Shown one piece after another: positions 51,701 through 64,000 of a DNA stretch of 64,000 nt. The notes under the pieces were generated by a model. The model made no database searches and was not told the origin of the DNA. It was given only the letters and a program-made list of their open reading frames with translations. The DNA comes from Paecilomyces variotii (lineage: Eukaryota): the NCBI GenBank assembly GCA_004022145.1, contig RCNU01000002.1; one strand, 5' to 3'. Both the position numbers and the translations under genes were made by a program. How positions within the stretch are numbered: the stretch's first letter is position 1; each line of letters begins with the position of its first letter.

Positions 51701-52162
51701 GCAACCAAAAACCGGGCAGCTCCGCCAGCAGCGCCGCCAGTCGAGATTGATGACTTGCGCAGCGACGATAGTGACGAGGAAATTCAGCCAGACACCGTTA
51801 ACCCGGAGTCTCTAACGTATCGGCCTTCCCCGCCGTCAGGAGCTTCCAATGATTCAGACGGATCTGCGGATGATGTTGCATATCCTGTAGCAGTCGACGA
51901 ACCTAGCCCAGTGAAGCGGGTGCATCTTACGGAAGCTGAAGAGAACCGCAGAGCCAAGCTCCTGGCCATGCAATGGGCTGAAGGCCAATTCGATGATCTA
52001 GAGGAGGAATGGAGCTCGCCTGACGAGAGGCCCGATCCTGTCTTCCCGAACGGAGGGCCAACGGCACTGAGCTCTTCTGCACATCTACCGGGCAAGAAAG
52101 GGGCGTCGGGAACCAATCTTACGCCACGCGCTAATAAACGAGGAGGAAGGTCATCAAAATGA
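48709..52162 (+). CDS. dmm-1: JmjC-domain protein with Cys-rich and zf-4CXXC_R1-like domains (DMM-1-like), intron 48977-49040
   Basis: JmjC YLKDID...YTPAHREM...EQKPGDFILIPPLAPHQVWN; Cys clusters at ~50062-50197 and 50528-50710; disordered C-terminus. Orthology to Neurospora DMM-1 is inferred from architecture. Confidence 0.82.
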
Positions 52163-52587
52163 TCTCACGTTAAACTTTAGGAATTGGATGTAGGGAGCAC
52201 ATAGATTCTCATCATATCACCTGTGGTGATAGTCGTGCGATTGTTAGTTACAGCTATCCATTGAGTAATTGAATTCTCAAGTCAACATGTTTCCTGAACT
52301 GTCCAGCTTTCATTATTTGATTTTCTTGAGCAGCTGCTAGTCGTAAATTTCATCTAAATCACCAACGTTATATTTGGCCCAAGACGCGAAAAAAAAAGCA
52401 GTCGAAAACAAGAGAACAATTTCCATTCCCCCAAGAAGACAAGTAGAGATATATAAGCTCATTTCCATTCAAACACATGCGCCAGGAAAACAAAAGAAGC
52501 CGAAACAACATGAACAACATGAACAACATATGTACATACAACATAGTACAATACAAGCCAAGCCTCCCACCGCAAAAGGGAACCCAT

Positions 52588-53452
52588 TTAAGCTCCCTTA
52601 TAATCATACTTGAGATTTTCCAGCTGTCCCACATCGACAGAAAGCATCAATTTCCGCGTAATGCAGATAATCCCGAATACAACTATGATCAAGTTCGTGT
52701 CAGTATGAGTATATCAGTTATGCTCCGACGACAACAACAACAACAACGATCAAACCGAGACGAATCGAGCAATAAGAAAGACACACGAGAGAAAAGAGAG
52801 AAAACCTACCTCCAGGAACAAGATACGACAACCGCGGCACCCCAGCATAACTAATCCCATAGCCATAACCCGTCGCATACGCAAGCAAGGTGACAAGCGC
52901 ACAAAGCCCCACATTAACAGCAACCAAATGCTCCCTGACAAGCTCGAGGTATCCCAGATTCCTCACTGGGCGCTTTTCCTTCGGATCCGGTCGTGGAAGC
53001 GGGATATGTCGCATGATATACGCACTCGCGAGGAGGGAAAGAGTACTGAGAAAAGAAATAATCCTCTCTGAGGCTGTTGCAGAAGAAGAGAATAGGCCTG
53101 GTAAGAAGGCGACTATAGAGACGAGGGGAACGATGGTGAAGACGAGCTGTTTTTTGTTATTATGGTTGATATTCATTTGTTCATTTCATTTCATTTTAAA
53201 TAGAAATGGAAGTTGGTTCATAACTTACTTTGTATTCAGCGTTTCGCGCATCATCGCGCGATCGCAAGTCGTTGATGATTCGCTCTTGTTCTATGGAGTT
53301 TTATCAGTATTGTTATTGTATATATGTATCACGAAATACTCGGAAATAAATAATAACTAATAGCACTTACCTTCTTCATCTAATTCCTGACGGGCGTCAT
53401 CGTCCGAGTCTTCTGGATACCGGAACGTCTTTCGTATTCTGAGAGCGGCCAT
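52588..53452 (-). CDS. Hypothetical integral membrane protein, 3 introns
   Basis: Four exons splice in frame: MAALRIRKTFRYP...ELDEE|EQERII...|LVFTIVPL...|...LENLKYDYKGA; about 4 TM segments. Confidence 0.78.
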
Positions 53453-53747
53453 TTCTTCTTTTCTTTTACTACTGTCCTTATATTTGTCGAATAATCAGAT
53501 AATCCTGCTTATATGAGGAAAGACAGAAAAAGTATTGTCATGGAACGTCGTTAGATAGTCGTAGTAGGTTAGGTAGTTAGTAGATATTGCATTTACACGT
53601 GGGAGTTTGGACTGTTTGACATTTCAAGGCGAACCTTAGTTCTTTGGCAACCAACGCCGTCGTTAAGTTCTCTAGCTACTTAGTGAGTGACCTCCGCGAA
53701 AAACGAAAGATAGGATCCTCCACCCAGCCATACACATACCATACAAC

Positions 53748-54380
53748 ATGTCGCACTCAATGTCTCTCCGGACCTTACAGACTCATATTATCCGCCCTCG
53801 ACTTTCCAACAGCCGGGGATGCCGAAATGTATCACGGCGTACATTGATCCCCGCTCCGAGCGCGAATTCAGGACCTCTGATGGACCGCCGTCCTGATCGA
53901 GCATTGCCCGAAGTGAATTCCGGTCGCGGCTGGAAGCGGACGCTGCCTATCTTCGCGGTCGTCGTCGGCGCAGCCATGCTCGGTATTTTCAACTATCAGA
54001 AATCATCCTCGAGTGTCGTCAGCAGTACCCTCTATGCTCTGCGAACGTCGCCGCAAGCGCGCGAGATTCTAGGCGATGAGATATACTTTGCGAGCAAGAT
54101 TCCCTGGATTAGTGGCACGATGGACCAATTGCATGGTCGTATTGATATCACATACTGGGTGAAGGGGACTAAGGGCGAGGGGAAGATGCGGTTTAGAAGC
54201 ATTAGACCGGACCGGATGAGCTATGTAAGTTGTTAGATCTCAAGGTCTCCTGTAGTCGTCTTGATGGCTGGACTAATATGATTATTCTAGTTCCGTACTC
54301 AGGAATGGAGCTTGGAAACAAAAGACGGAACCGTCGTGCAGCTTCTCAACGAGAACGAGGAAGATCCCTTCAAGGCTTAA
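53748..54380 (+). CDS. COA1: Cytochrome c oxidase assembly factor 1
   Basis: Presequence, single TM, FNYQKSSSSVVSSTLYALR..LGDEI..PWISG..GRIDI..VKG; 1 intron. Confidence 0.88.
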
Positions 54381-54700
54381 ACTACGTTCTATCACCGAAT
54401 TGATCGACTACGGAAGTCCGAGACGGGAAGTGTACAGCTATACCACGTCCCTGATGCATCGTGCCTGGAGTTTTGTATGATACTACTTTTTTTTCAATTC
54501 TTATTAAAAGGAAAGCTGGCGTTTTGAAGGGCTGCCGCATCATGGGATGAGATTTTTGTATATGCGCGTGTTGAAGAGAGTAATGGGAATCATTTGTATC
54601 CTATATGCGAGCGCCATCACCGGATATGAGATGTATAGTACACCGAAGGGGGGCAAAAAAACAAGATAGAAGAACCTAAGGGCAACAAAGAGTCTCCACT

Positions 54701-55686
54701 TCAAGCTGCTTGAGCAACCGCCTGCTTGAACGCAATCTCAGGCCAAGGCTTCTTAATAGCATCCTGAATCATCACGACAGTGTTTTTGGGACCACTGACA
54801 GCACCTGTCAAAGAAAGAAAGAGAGATCAGTCAGTATAAAAAGAACCCCCGTAAAAAAGCAAAAGCAGACACCCAAACAAGAAACCATTCACATACCGTT
54901 CACGACAACAATGCCATTCTCAGGATCAACCTTCAACACCTTGAGATTCTGGACGGTATTCCGCTCATTACCCATGTTTCCAGCCATTTTCTTTCCGGGA
55001 TACACTCTGGAACCACCACCCTGACCCTGACCGGCGGAACCTAGCGAACGATGCGTCAAACTGACACCGTGACTGCGATCCTGACCGTGGAAGCCGTGTC
55101 TCTTCATCACACCCGCGAAACCCATACCCCTCGTATTCGAGCGGGCGTCGACAAACTGCCCTTCCTGGAACCAGTCCGCGTTGATGACCTGTCCGACGGG
55201 GAGCAGGCCGCTCTCATCCTTGACCTTGAACTCATGGACATGTCTCTTCGGGGAGACTCCATGGGCGGAGAAATGGCCGAGGAGCGATTTCGTCATGTTG
55301 CTGGCATGTTTCCATCCGGAACCGACCTGGACGGCATAGTAGCCGTGCTGTTGCCGCGTCTTGTGTGATACGACCTGGACTCGATCGAGTTGCAGGACTG
55401 TGCATGCGGTACGCTTTCCCGTCTCGGGGTCGTAGATGGCGGTCATGCCCTTCTTGACAGCAATAGCGCCCGTTCGGAGAGGAGTCGTAGCGGCCTTGCG
55501 TTCGAGAGCCGCCGTGTTCGTCGACTTCAGCACCGGCAGATCCTGGCCGACATTGAAGCGATTCGGTCGAGGAGGCTCCAAGGACCGGATACCAAAAGAT
55601 CGTCTGGAGACATTCTGGGCCAGAGACGACGGGACCCAAAGAGGCGACAGCGCCTGCTTCAGCCCTAGCGGAAGCCGTGGCGGCAT
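54701..55686 (-). CDS. MRPL9: Mitochondrial large ribosomal subunit protein uL3m
   Basis: KKGMT, GMGFAGVMKRHGF, HGVSLTHRSLGS, PGKKMAGNMG L3 motifs; 1 intron. Confidence 0.95.
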
Positions 55687-56548
55687 TGTGGGCAAGTTGA
55701 TCGTGTCCAGACGATGAGCGTTGGGATCGTGAAAGTCCAAGCAGTGAGATTTTCGGGGAAGTTCTGCGAATACCGCCGGAGATGCCAAGACCGGAGTCCG
55801 GGACAATCCAGATCGAGCAGATCAATATTATCAACTAAACTAATTAAGATGGAGATCAAATAATAATAATATCAATGCAAAATGCCATTTCAATGAAAAG
55901 ACTAATGAATCAATCCTATCTAGCCTCTTCACGCTTCTCCCTGGTGTTGTCTTGGAATTGATGATATGAATGCTGCACGCATAACTTCCTAGGGACGTTT
56001 ACAACCACAACATATCCACTTCCATGTACAATCAGTAACTAATAACCCAACTTAGCCATCGAAAGCATCAAAGATATAATAATAACAATCCAATCTAATA
56101 ATAAAAAAAACATCCAAAAGCAAAAACGAATAAACTCACCTCTGCAAAGCACCACCAAATTAATCAATCACCTTAAAACGCAACAAGACTAAGTAAAGCG
56201 GGAAGAGCGCGGGCCTAACTAACTACTTAAATAATAGTCGTCCAGGAAAATAAAAAAAAGGGACGTCACCGAAATCTCACCGAAGGAGTTATATAACATA
56301 ATATTATTATCCCCTCCCAATTGAACAACAGCTTCATTCTACTCACACGTCGTTTCCTTGCCTGTGTTTTATTATTTCCCCTTCGTGTCTGTCTGTCCGC
56401 TACTAGTCTAGGGAACTCGATCGTGTTCGAATCTACGGAAGTTCCGGGAGGGTTCCATCTTTGTTTTTTTCTCTCGCGGGAAGAGTCAAGAATAAGGCAA
56501 AAGAAAAAAAAAAAGAACTATCCAGGCTACGACGATACAAACACGATA

Positions 56549-57424
56549 ATGCCCCCCTCTCAAACCATGTCGACCTTCAGACCGCTTCTCCAACGATACG
56601 CGGAGCTCTTTGTCCTCCAGGGCAAGGGATCCTCTTCTTCTTCCCTTCTCTCCAGAAGAGCTGTGTCCAATTCCTCCAGTCAGCTCGCCCGACGCGCTGC
56701 CAGCACCATTACTCCTACGACACAAGCATCCTCTCTCTCAACCTGTGCTTGCTCATTCACCAAACGGTCTCCCCAAATAGCCTATCGAGCCAGCAGGAGA
56801 CAATCACCCTTCTCTCGACCTTCTTCTTCCTTCTCCTTCCGCAGCCGCCGGACACCCCGACGCGGATACTCTACGAATACAACAAAACCCCCCGAGGAGG
56901 AGCCTCATTCGCTATCTCAGCGATTGAAGAAGCTAACTCGTGAATATGGCTGGTCGGCACTAGGTGTATACTTGCTGCTATCAGCGTTGGATTTCCCGTT
57001 CTGTTTCGCCGCGGTAAGGCTTCTGGGTGTCGATCGGATAGGGCATTGGGAGCATGTTATTCTGGAAACGGTGAAGTCGACGGTTAAGAGCGTTTCGCCC
57101 TTTGCTGCGGGAGAGGAGAAGAAGCAGGGTGAGGCTCCTATTGATCATGGAGTGGCGGAGGCGGAGAAGAGGAACGCTGGAGAGGGTGCTAGTATGTGAT
57201 GTTCCCATTGTCCCCGTTCCATGAGCCTGTTTGTTTGGACTGCGTCAATCCGCTGACTTGATCCTGCCTTAGGTATCTGGACACAACTTGCCCTCGCATA
57301 TGCCATTCACAAGAGCTTTATCTTCCTGCGCGTGCCGCTGACAGCGGCCGTTACCCCGAAGGTCGTCAAGACCTTGAGAAGCTGGGGCTGGAACATCGGC
57401 AAGCGCAAGCCCAAGAACGTGTAA
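56549..57424 (+). CDS. FAM210/DUF1279 (Nat2-like) mitochondrial membrane protein
   Basis: Long Arg/Ser presequence; LKKLTREYGWSALGVYLLLSALDFPFCF and WTQLALAYAIHKSFIFLRVPLTAAVTP; 1 intron. Confidence 0.85.
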
Positions 57425-57893
57425 GATGTCATGATGCGAAGAAGTCCGGATTGGATATATTATTATACAGCGACGAACTCTCCACCCCCAACATTCACGG
57501 AACCAGAAGTAGAAACACATGCACCATTGTACATTAATAGATAAGCTATTTAATCATTTGCGTCCAGATGATATCCTCTTTCCTCGCCTGACAGAGCATA
57601 TGAACCTGTTGACATGCGATTCAATGCAACATCTCCAAAAATCTGCAAACCAAAACCCAAAAGGGGGGAAACAGGGAGAAACAACAGACGGGGAAGGACA
57701 TGGTGTGTATCTCACTCTATCGTAGACGGACATATCACGCTCCACGAAGCCTGCCAGCATATGCATAGAGAGATGCACAAGTAGATGCATACATCAAACC
57801 AAAACAGTGACTGAGTGCTCCTTTTCAGTATCCTAGAAATAGCAAACAAAAGATGGTGGGATATATACAGTAATAAGGGGCGAGGAAATTGCA

Positions 57894-60800
57894 TCACATG
57901 TCGATCGTATCGTTGAATCTCAGAACGCCATCGCCTTTCATCACGCCGTTGACTCCATTAGGCATCCGATACGCCCACTCAGCAGCTACGCCCATTGTGC
58001 CAGCCGCCGCCAGAGCACCGGTCCGAGTGAGTTGCTCAGTCTCGTCAGAGGTATCTGCAACGAGTACCAGACCTAACTCCTTAATGGTGTCTACCAGTGC
58101 TGGCATAACATTCTGCAGAGTATCAGCACTAATCCATGGAAAGAGGGGAACAATGAATGGATAGAGAGGCATACCAAAAGACTCGAGCGGCAGATCAGTC
58201 CCATGAAGTTATTGCTCTGCGCTATCCGGGCGGACTCCTTAATGGACATCGAGGTTCGGCCGCTGCTCCGGATAACGGGTTGACCACTAGCATCCCCAGA
58301 CAAGTCTCGAATCTTGCCCAGGTCGTTACAGAGCAGTACAGGATCTGCCGAATTTAGATTAGCTACAGACAGTCACAAGACAAGATCGCAGAAGAACTTA
58401 CAGTTGGGTTGTTTCCAGTTCAGAGCGCTGCAGATGTTCGGGTTGTACGATGTGAAGACGATAGAACGCATGAAATCCGGGTTCTTCTCTCTGGATTCTC
58501 GGGCGTGGTCGAACACCACCGTGAGAATGGCGTCCGCAAATGTGTTGATATCGGCCAACGACGTCAGGTCGAGACTTCTTTCCTCGGCAACACCAGGGTA
58601 CAAGATGGATAGATCGACGTGGATTCCCATTGGAAGATGGCGGAGGATGTCGCTCAAGGGCACGAAACATCCGGCAAGAGCTTGGTGTACCTCAGCAATG
58701 TCATGCACCGTCTTGCCCTTCAACGATTCTAGAATATCGGATCCGTTGACGCCTTTGTCAAGCCCGATTTTCCTAAATTGGTCGTAGGACAAGTGGCAGA
58801 CAGGTATGTCGATGCCATGATGGTCAATCGCGAATCGTGGGTAGAGGACAGGCACTCTGTCCTTTGTCAATTGGACGAAGAGCTGAACATAGTCGCCCGA
58901 CAAACTGGAACCAGTAACCAGCCCATTATGTTCAGAGTCAAGGGCACTAGTGGCCTTCCAATATGTGGCAAAATGGGTGATCTCAAGAGGGTCACCGTAA
59001 TACGGTTTGATGACCTGGAAATTGAAGCGGATCTGGCCGATCGATCGCAGTCGAGGGTCGAATAGGGGTAGGCAACAGGAGCCAGCGCTCGATCTTTCGG
59101 CACTGAACACATCAGGCAAGGCCACACTCTTGGCTATGACTTTTGAGCCGAAGGTGGGGAAGATTTCGAAATCGACCGCAAACGTATCAAGGCTATCTAT
59201 CTGGAAGGATACCGTCCTGGCATCCTCCTGGATGGGAAGCATAATGGTTCGAGGGATCAGGTCTGACATCTTCGACGATATTGTCAGCCGAGCGGCCGGA
59301 TAGCGTCCAGCCTGATCAAATATGATGGATCCGAAACCAGGTTGTTCAAAGTGGATGTGCACAATGACTTTTGTGTCGAGGAAGTTATGACCATAACGTC
59401 TGAGTGGTATAATTGGCGGCGGAAGAGAAAGATCAGGTATACCGTCGGCCGTCTGTGGATCTGTTGACATCGTTATGTCCTCCGCTGGCTCAGGTACCGA
59501 CCCCATTCCATTCAAAACATCTGCAGGCCGTTGCGAGATCCTGTGGTCCTTATGTTGGGACCACAGCAATATCATGCATTCCAGGTGTCCCTCCCAGGCA
59601 GCATAGTACATTGCCGAAAGACCTTTCTCGTCGATAACATCGGGATCAGCGCCCAGCTCCAATAGAGTCCGCATGCAGTCCACGCATCCTTCACTCGCGG
59701 CGTGGAAAAGAGGCGTCCACTGGTAGAGCTTATCCCGCTGGTCAAGGTCAGCCCCGTGCTGCTTCAGGATCAGCAGCAGCTCGGGAGATTGAGATGCTCT
59801 CGCCACCATGTGTTGAGGATACAGGCCCTCGGCATCAGGGAGCAAAAGCGCTTTTCTCTCGAGCAGCATTTTGACAATAGGTAATGAACCATGTTGACAG
59901 GCTAGATTTAGCGGGATGTGATCGGATTCCGAGGAGGGATTGATCCTCGCATTGTGGTGGAGCAGTTGCTCTGCACAGGCGAGCTGATCACGGACGATAC
60001 TGTGGATAAGGGGCGTGAAATTATCATGGTCCATGAAGTCCACAGTGTGAGGACCAGCAGCAAGCAGTTCGCGGACCATTTCGACCCTGCCGTGCATACA
60101 GGCATAGTGGAGAGGTATCCTGCCGTAGACATCGGTCCTGGAAATGTCAACGCCGCCAGACAAGCCAGCTTGGAGGACAAAAGGCCGCCCTGAGATGGCA
60201 GCCTCGTGCAGGCAGTTCCGTTCATTGATATCATCCTCGGCGTGAACGTCGACCAGGCCGCTCTCCAAAAGCAGTCCCAGGACGTCGTCAGAGAAGTCGC
60301 TGATTGCGGCCAAGAAGGTACGCGTGACCCGGTCTCGAGCGTCCGGGGAGGCTTGTACTTTTGTCAGCCATTCTCGCAGAGTCTGGAGATTCCCCGTAGT
60401 CGCTGTCTGTAGGACCTGCAGGTCAAACTCATCACCCTCGCTGGCGATGTGTTGCGCAGGCACGGTTCGCTCAGAGGGGCGGGCTGCGTCGAACTGGATG
60501 TTCTCTCCTTCGGCCCATGCCTCCAACTCCAGTCGAGCGGTCGTCGCCCGATCGGATAAATCGCGCAGCACTTCTCTATTAAAGCAGGGTTGGACCTCGA
60601 CAGCACGGTGGAGATACAGTTCTTTCATGCGAGACTAGGACGGAAGTTAGCGGAAGATGCAGGGGCTTCGAGAGGACCTAAAGAGTGCAGTTCGGACCTT
60701 AGATGTTTTATCCCACTATCATTATCGTCAGCTATACTATCCAGCACGACGAGAATCCCATCATATCAACGAACCTTTTTCAGAATTTTCGAGACGGCGG

Positions 60801-61594
60801 TCTCGTTGATCTCTACGAATTGCTGCCGAAACTGTCAGCTCAAGGGCAAATGAGGTCCATTTCGCTGCGAAGTTTGCACATACTTGAAGTTTATTCAGAT
60901 CGCCATCAAACTGTTGAAATCCTTCGAGTAAAGCGACAAAATTTGCCGGGACCTTCGAGTTGGCATGTGTTCGCGACTGGATCACCCTCTTCTTGTCGAG
61001 TAACGTCTTTAACCGTAGCGAGAACTGTCGTCCGTCAGTAACGTGACGAAAAATTCCGACAAATGGCTTGGTCAACCTCTGATTCTTTTTGGAGATAGAA
61101 TGCATTGACTTTCTCAATCTCACGTTCCTACGAGTAGTCAGTAGCTATCCAGACAGACAGATGGGGGGTGCTCCAGAAAGTGCGTCAGCGTACCAGTCGG
61201 AAGAAGAAAACCTCTTTGTTCGCACGCAGCGCAGCTTGAGGATCCGATGGGTGTTCATGCTCGAAAGCGCTCTGGGCTGGTATCGTCGGAGTTGCACTCA
61301 GTTGCTTGATGAGCTGTAGACCGCAGATTCAATTGAGTAAGCAAAGCTGGCCACTGTCACCGGCGAGAGAAAGCCAAGGGCCTACCTTTTTCAAGGCCTT
61401 GTAGTTGACAAAGCTGGCAGCATACTCGGGAAGGTCAAGCTGCCTTCGCTGAATCTGCTTTCCGAACTTCCTATTGATAGCAACCAGGTCAGAAGGGCGT
61501 TCCCGTGCGAAGCAACAGTCGACGAGGCCACGGGGAAGCTGCCCGCAGCTGTCCAGCTCCCCGACGGCCCCTCGAAGGGTGGAAGAACGCACAT
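57894..61594 (-). CDS. nuc-2: SPX-ankyrin-GDPD-like CDK inhibitor NUC-2/Pho81
   Basis: M|KFGKQIQRRQLDLPEYAASFVNYKALKK SPX start (ATG split by intron 61471-61592), about 6 ankyrin repeats, LPPPIIPLRRYGHNFL inhibitory segment, degenerate GDPD C-terminus. Confidence 0.92.
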
Positions 61595-62029
61595 GTTGAC
61601 GGTGAATGGGGTGAGAGCCAAGCTCTCAGTTCCTTTGCAGCAAAGAGCGGATGATCCAGGATGACCGGGAAGTCGTAGGGAGAGATCAGAAAGCTCGAAA
61701 AACTGGCCGATCCGAAAACAATCAAGTCATAGATGGCCGTGGAAGGTCCGTATCAGACTATCAGAACAAAAATGGGAGCCGTTTCCAAGCTCTCCCAGTT
61801 TGGCAGAAGAAAGAGAGAACAAAAGCTGCCGGACGAAGAAAGCAGCTACAGAAGCACAAAACCACGAGCAATCATGAGGGGCTCTCTCTCTCGAGGGGAT
61901 CAGAGAACGAACAATGCACGCGAGGTGGGGGAATGATGAGAGGCGGCCGGCAGGGTGAGTGATGCTAAGCCGTGGCGGGTAAAAAGTAGTCAAGCAGAGC
62001 AGGGAGCTCCAGCTGATGAAGAGAGCACT

Positions 62030-62038
62030 GCACGTGGG
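62030..62038. promoter_or_regulatory. Pho4/NUC-1-type bHLH site GCACGTGGG upstream of nuc-2
   Basis: Full high-affinity consensus ~440 bp upstream of the ATG; CACGTT at 62404-62409 and CACGTGGG at 63282-63289. Confidence 0.55.
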
Positions 62039-63732
62039 CCCAACTATGCGGAGACCAAGAGGCGCAAGCTGCTAGAGAAGAGCTTTCTGCTTCCCTAGCT
62101 TGGTACAGTACAAGGGGAAAAGATAGAGAGATACAACAAGTACAGGGCAACCGCAACTATTGGCGCAGCAGACGCCAGGCACACGAGGTTACCGCGAGCA
62201 GAAGCGTCCAGTCCAACGAGACAAGAAGCCAGAGAAAAAGGAAACACACCTAGAACGGGCAGAGCAAGGACCAGATAGATAGGAACACCACTCCCTGAGG
62301 ACCAGGATAGGTTGAACGGACCTTGTTCTTTTGGTGGTTGCAACTGCGCTTGAGGTCCGGAGAAGCTCGATCTCCGCGCACCAATCATCGCTTCCGGCTG
62401 CAGCACGTTCCAGGCTCACCCGACGGGTTTGGCGCGTCCCCAGTTCGACTAGAGGATTATGGTATGTCTTTAAGGCAATAATAATATTAAAATAAGAGAC
62501 GTGGCTTGTAACTCAAGACCCTCCTAGATATTATTATTATTAACTAACCACTGCAGGAATCAATCAATCAATCAGTCGCTATTAATTATTATTAGTTTAC
62601 TACTGTCAAGTCCTGCACAGAACAGAAACCCCGCGCTTAACCCATTCCAGCCATTGAGCCAGGATCTCCATGACGCAGGGTCATCAGATCGAGATCCCGG
62701 CCGGTGATCAGGTAATTTAGTCAATCTATCTATGTATTTAGCCTGTAGCACAATACGATCAATCAAACCAGTTATTCTGATGATGGAGTTGGTGATAATA
62801 ATACATACATACCTTGACAAATTATTCCTTTCTGCTAAGCATTCTGCGTCCTGAGATCGATCGTGGTCTTCTCGCTCTCCTGGCATATAATTGACCTAGG
62901 GACAGCATCCCCGTCGCACACGAGTTACTATGTAGTATGTACTAGCAAGGATATAATTACACATGTTCTGTATCTAGAGTTCTACTCACACAGAAAAGTG
63001 GATCCTAATAACTTAGGCGGATATAGCGAACTAAAGCTACTATATCAGCCAATACACAAACCTCACCCGTTGCCTACTGATCCAGTTCAGATACAAGACA
63101 AGACTGATCAGAAAAGTGGTAATAATGTATTGTAGTGTACGGATCCCCGTACGGCCTTGGCCTATGCTGCTGCAGACAGATACAAAAGATAATCACCAAG
63201 AAAAAAAATAATAGAAGAGAAGAAGAGAAGATCGAAAGATAGGAAATCTCAACGATGACTGCGCGCCAACCGCCCATTTCACACGTGGGTTAGAGGTCGC
63301 GCACGGATATAGAATCAAGTAGATAAAAACATGACAGAGAAGTAAATCCCTGGAGAAGGAGAAAGGTATAACATCAAAGTCAAACATAATAGTGACACAT
63401 AGCTTTCCGACAATGCACGGGTGGCAGGAAGGACGGGAGATAAGGAGAAGATCGGTGACAGTAGTACTAATAGTCATGCATAGAAGGCAAAGTCCGCAGG
63501 GCACGACGGTGCGGTCTGATCGTACCGCGTTGGCCCGCAAAATTAAAAGGAACTAAATAACAATGCGACCAATTGGGCCGCATTTTTGCCTCGAGACAAC
63601 TGCCGCGGCACCTTTTTTATCGGCAAGATCATGAAATGTCTCCCCTCCAGGAAAAGAGGGAGGGGGAGAGAGAGGGAGAAATGGGTCCGTATAGAAATAT
63701 AAGCGTGAAAGAAGGACAAATCATGGGAATCT

Positions 63733-64000
63733 CTAGAAATTCTGCGCGATACCGGCGTTTCCTTGCTTGGGGAACACGGACGGATTCTCGATCCGCGTGT
63801 TACGCCGAGCCTGGACGTCACGGATCACAGGTGGAGCACCACCATACGGGTTATCCCCGTATGGGCCTTGCTGCCCATTAATGTCATTGTAATACGGGTT
63901 GTCATCGTAGTAGTTGGCAGCTGGAGGCATTCCTGCGAGACGGCTGTCCTCAGAGCCTTCTGAGTGTTGCGCTGCGGAATATGCAGACGAGGCATTCGAG
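63733..64000 (-). CDS. 3' end of a gene continuing beyond the window (unidentified protein)
   Basis: Frame open from 63999 to stop 63733; ends VIRDVQARRNTRIENPSVFPKQGNAGIAQNF. Confidence 0.75.
   Translation of the reverse strand, partial: SNASSAYSAAQHSEGSEDSRLAGMPPAANYYDDNPYYNDINGQQGPYGDNPYGGAPPVIRDVQARRNTRIENPSVFPKQGNAGIAQNF

Noticed and set aside
55232..55834. 200-aa alternate-frame ORF and the N-terminal extension of ORF 54889-55806 over MRPL9
   Set aside because: Non-ATG starts; the real protein most plausibly begins MPPRLPLGL at 55686 with a presequence.
57894..61594. Calling the SPX-ANK-GDPD gene GDE1 (active glycerophosphodiesterase)
   Set aside because: The N-terminus KFGKQIQRRQL and the PPPIIPLRRYGHNFL segment match NUC-2/Pho81, and no catalytic GHRG motif was seen.

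Overview
A 64-kb stretch of an intron-rich filamentous ascomycete chromosome (Eurotiomycete-like, possibly Onygenales; taxon is inferred from protein style and intron signals). It is gene-dense and mostly housekeeping, with about 31 protein-coding genes. These are a secreted bicupin oxalate decarboxylase, an F-box protein, a yapsin/OpsB aspartic protease, MSW1, RSM10, PNP1, FCF2, NUP133, MCT1, an AFG1-like ATPase, a TRAPP small subunit, two complex I subunits, an SDR, MPP10, EFM6, DOT5/BCP, UPS2, ECT1, GRX5, COQ2, a DMM-1-like JmjC/zf-4CXXC protein, COA1, MRPL9, a FAM210/NAT2-like protein, NUC-2/PHO81 and several hypothetical genes. The best-supported hidden feature is a box C/D snoRNA in FCF2 intron 2; its guide matches LSU rRNA helix 69 (snR63/SNORD46 type). 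Also notable: a non-canonical NDGGT specificity lid in the oxalate decarboxylase, with tandem PacC-type sites in its promoter. In nuc-2, a highly structured intron splits the start codon and Pho4/NUC-1 boxes lie upstream. There are also several weaker structured-RNA and small-ORF candidates. I found no tRNA, rRNA, CRISPR array, intact transposon or secondary-metabolite cluster, and no convincing novel multi-gene system. Gene boundaries were spliced by eye and some starts are uncertain.
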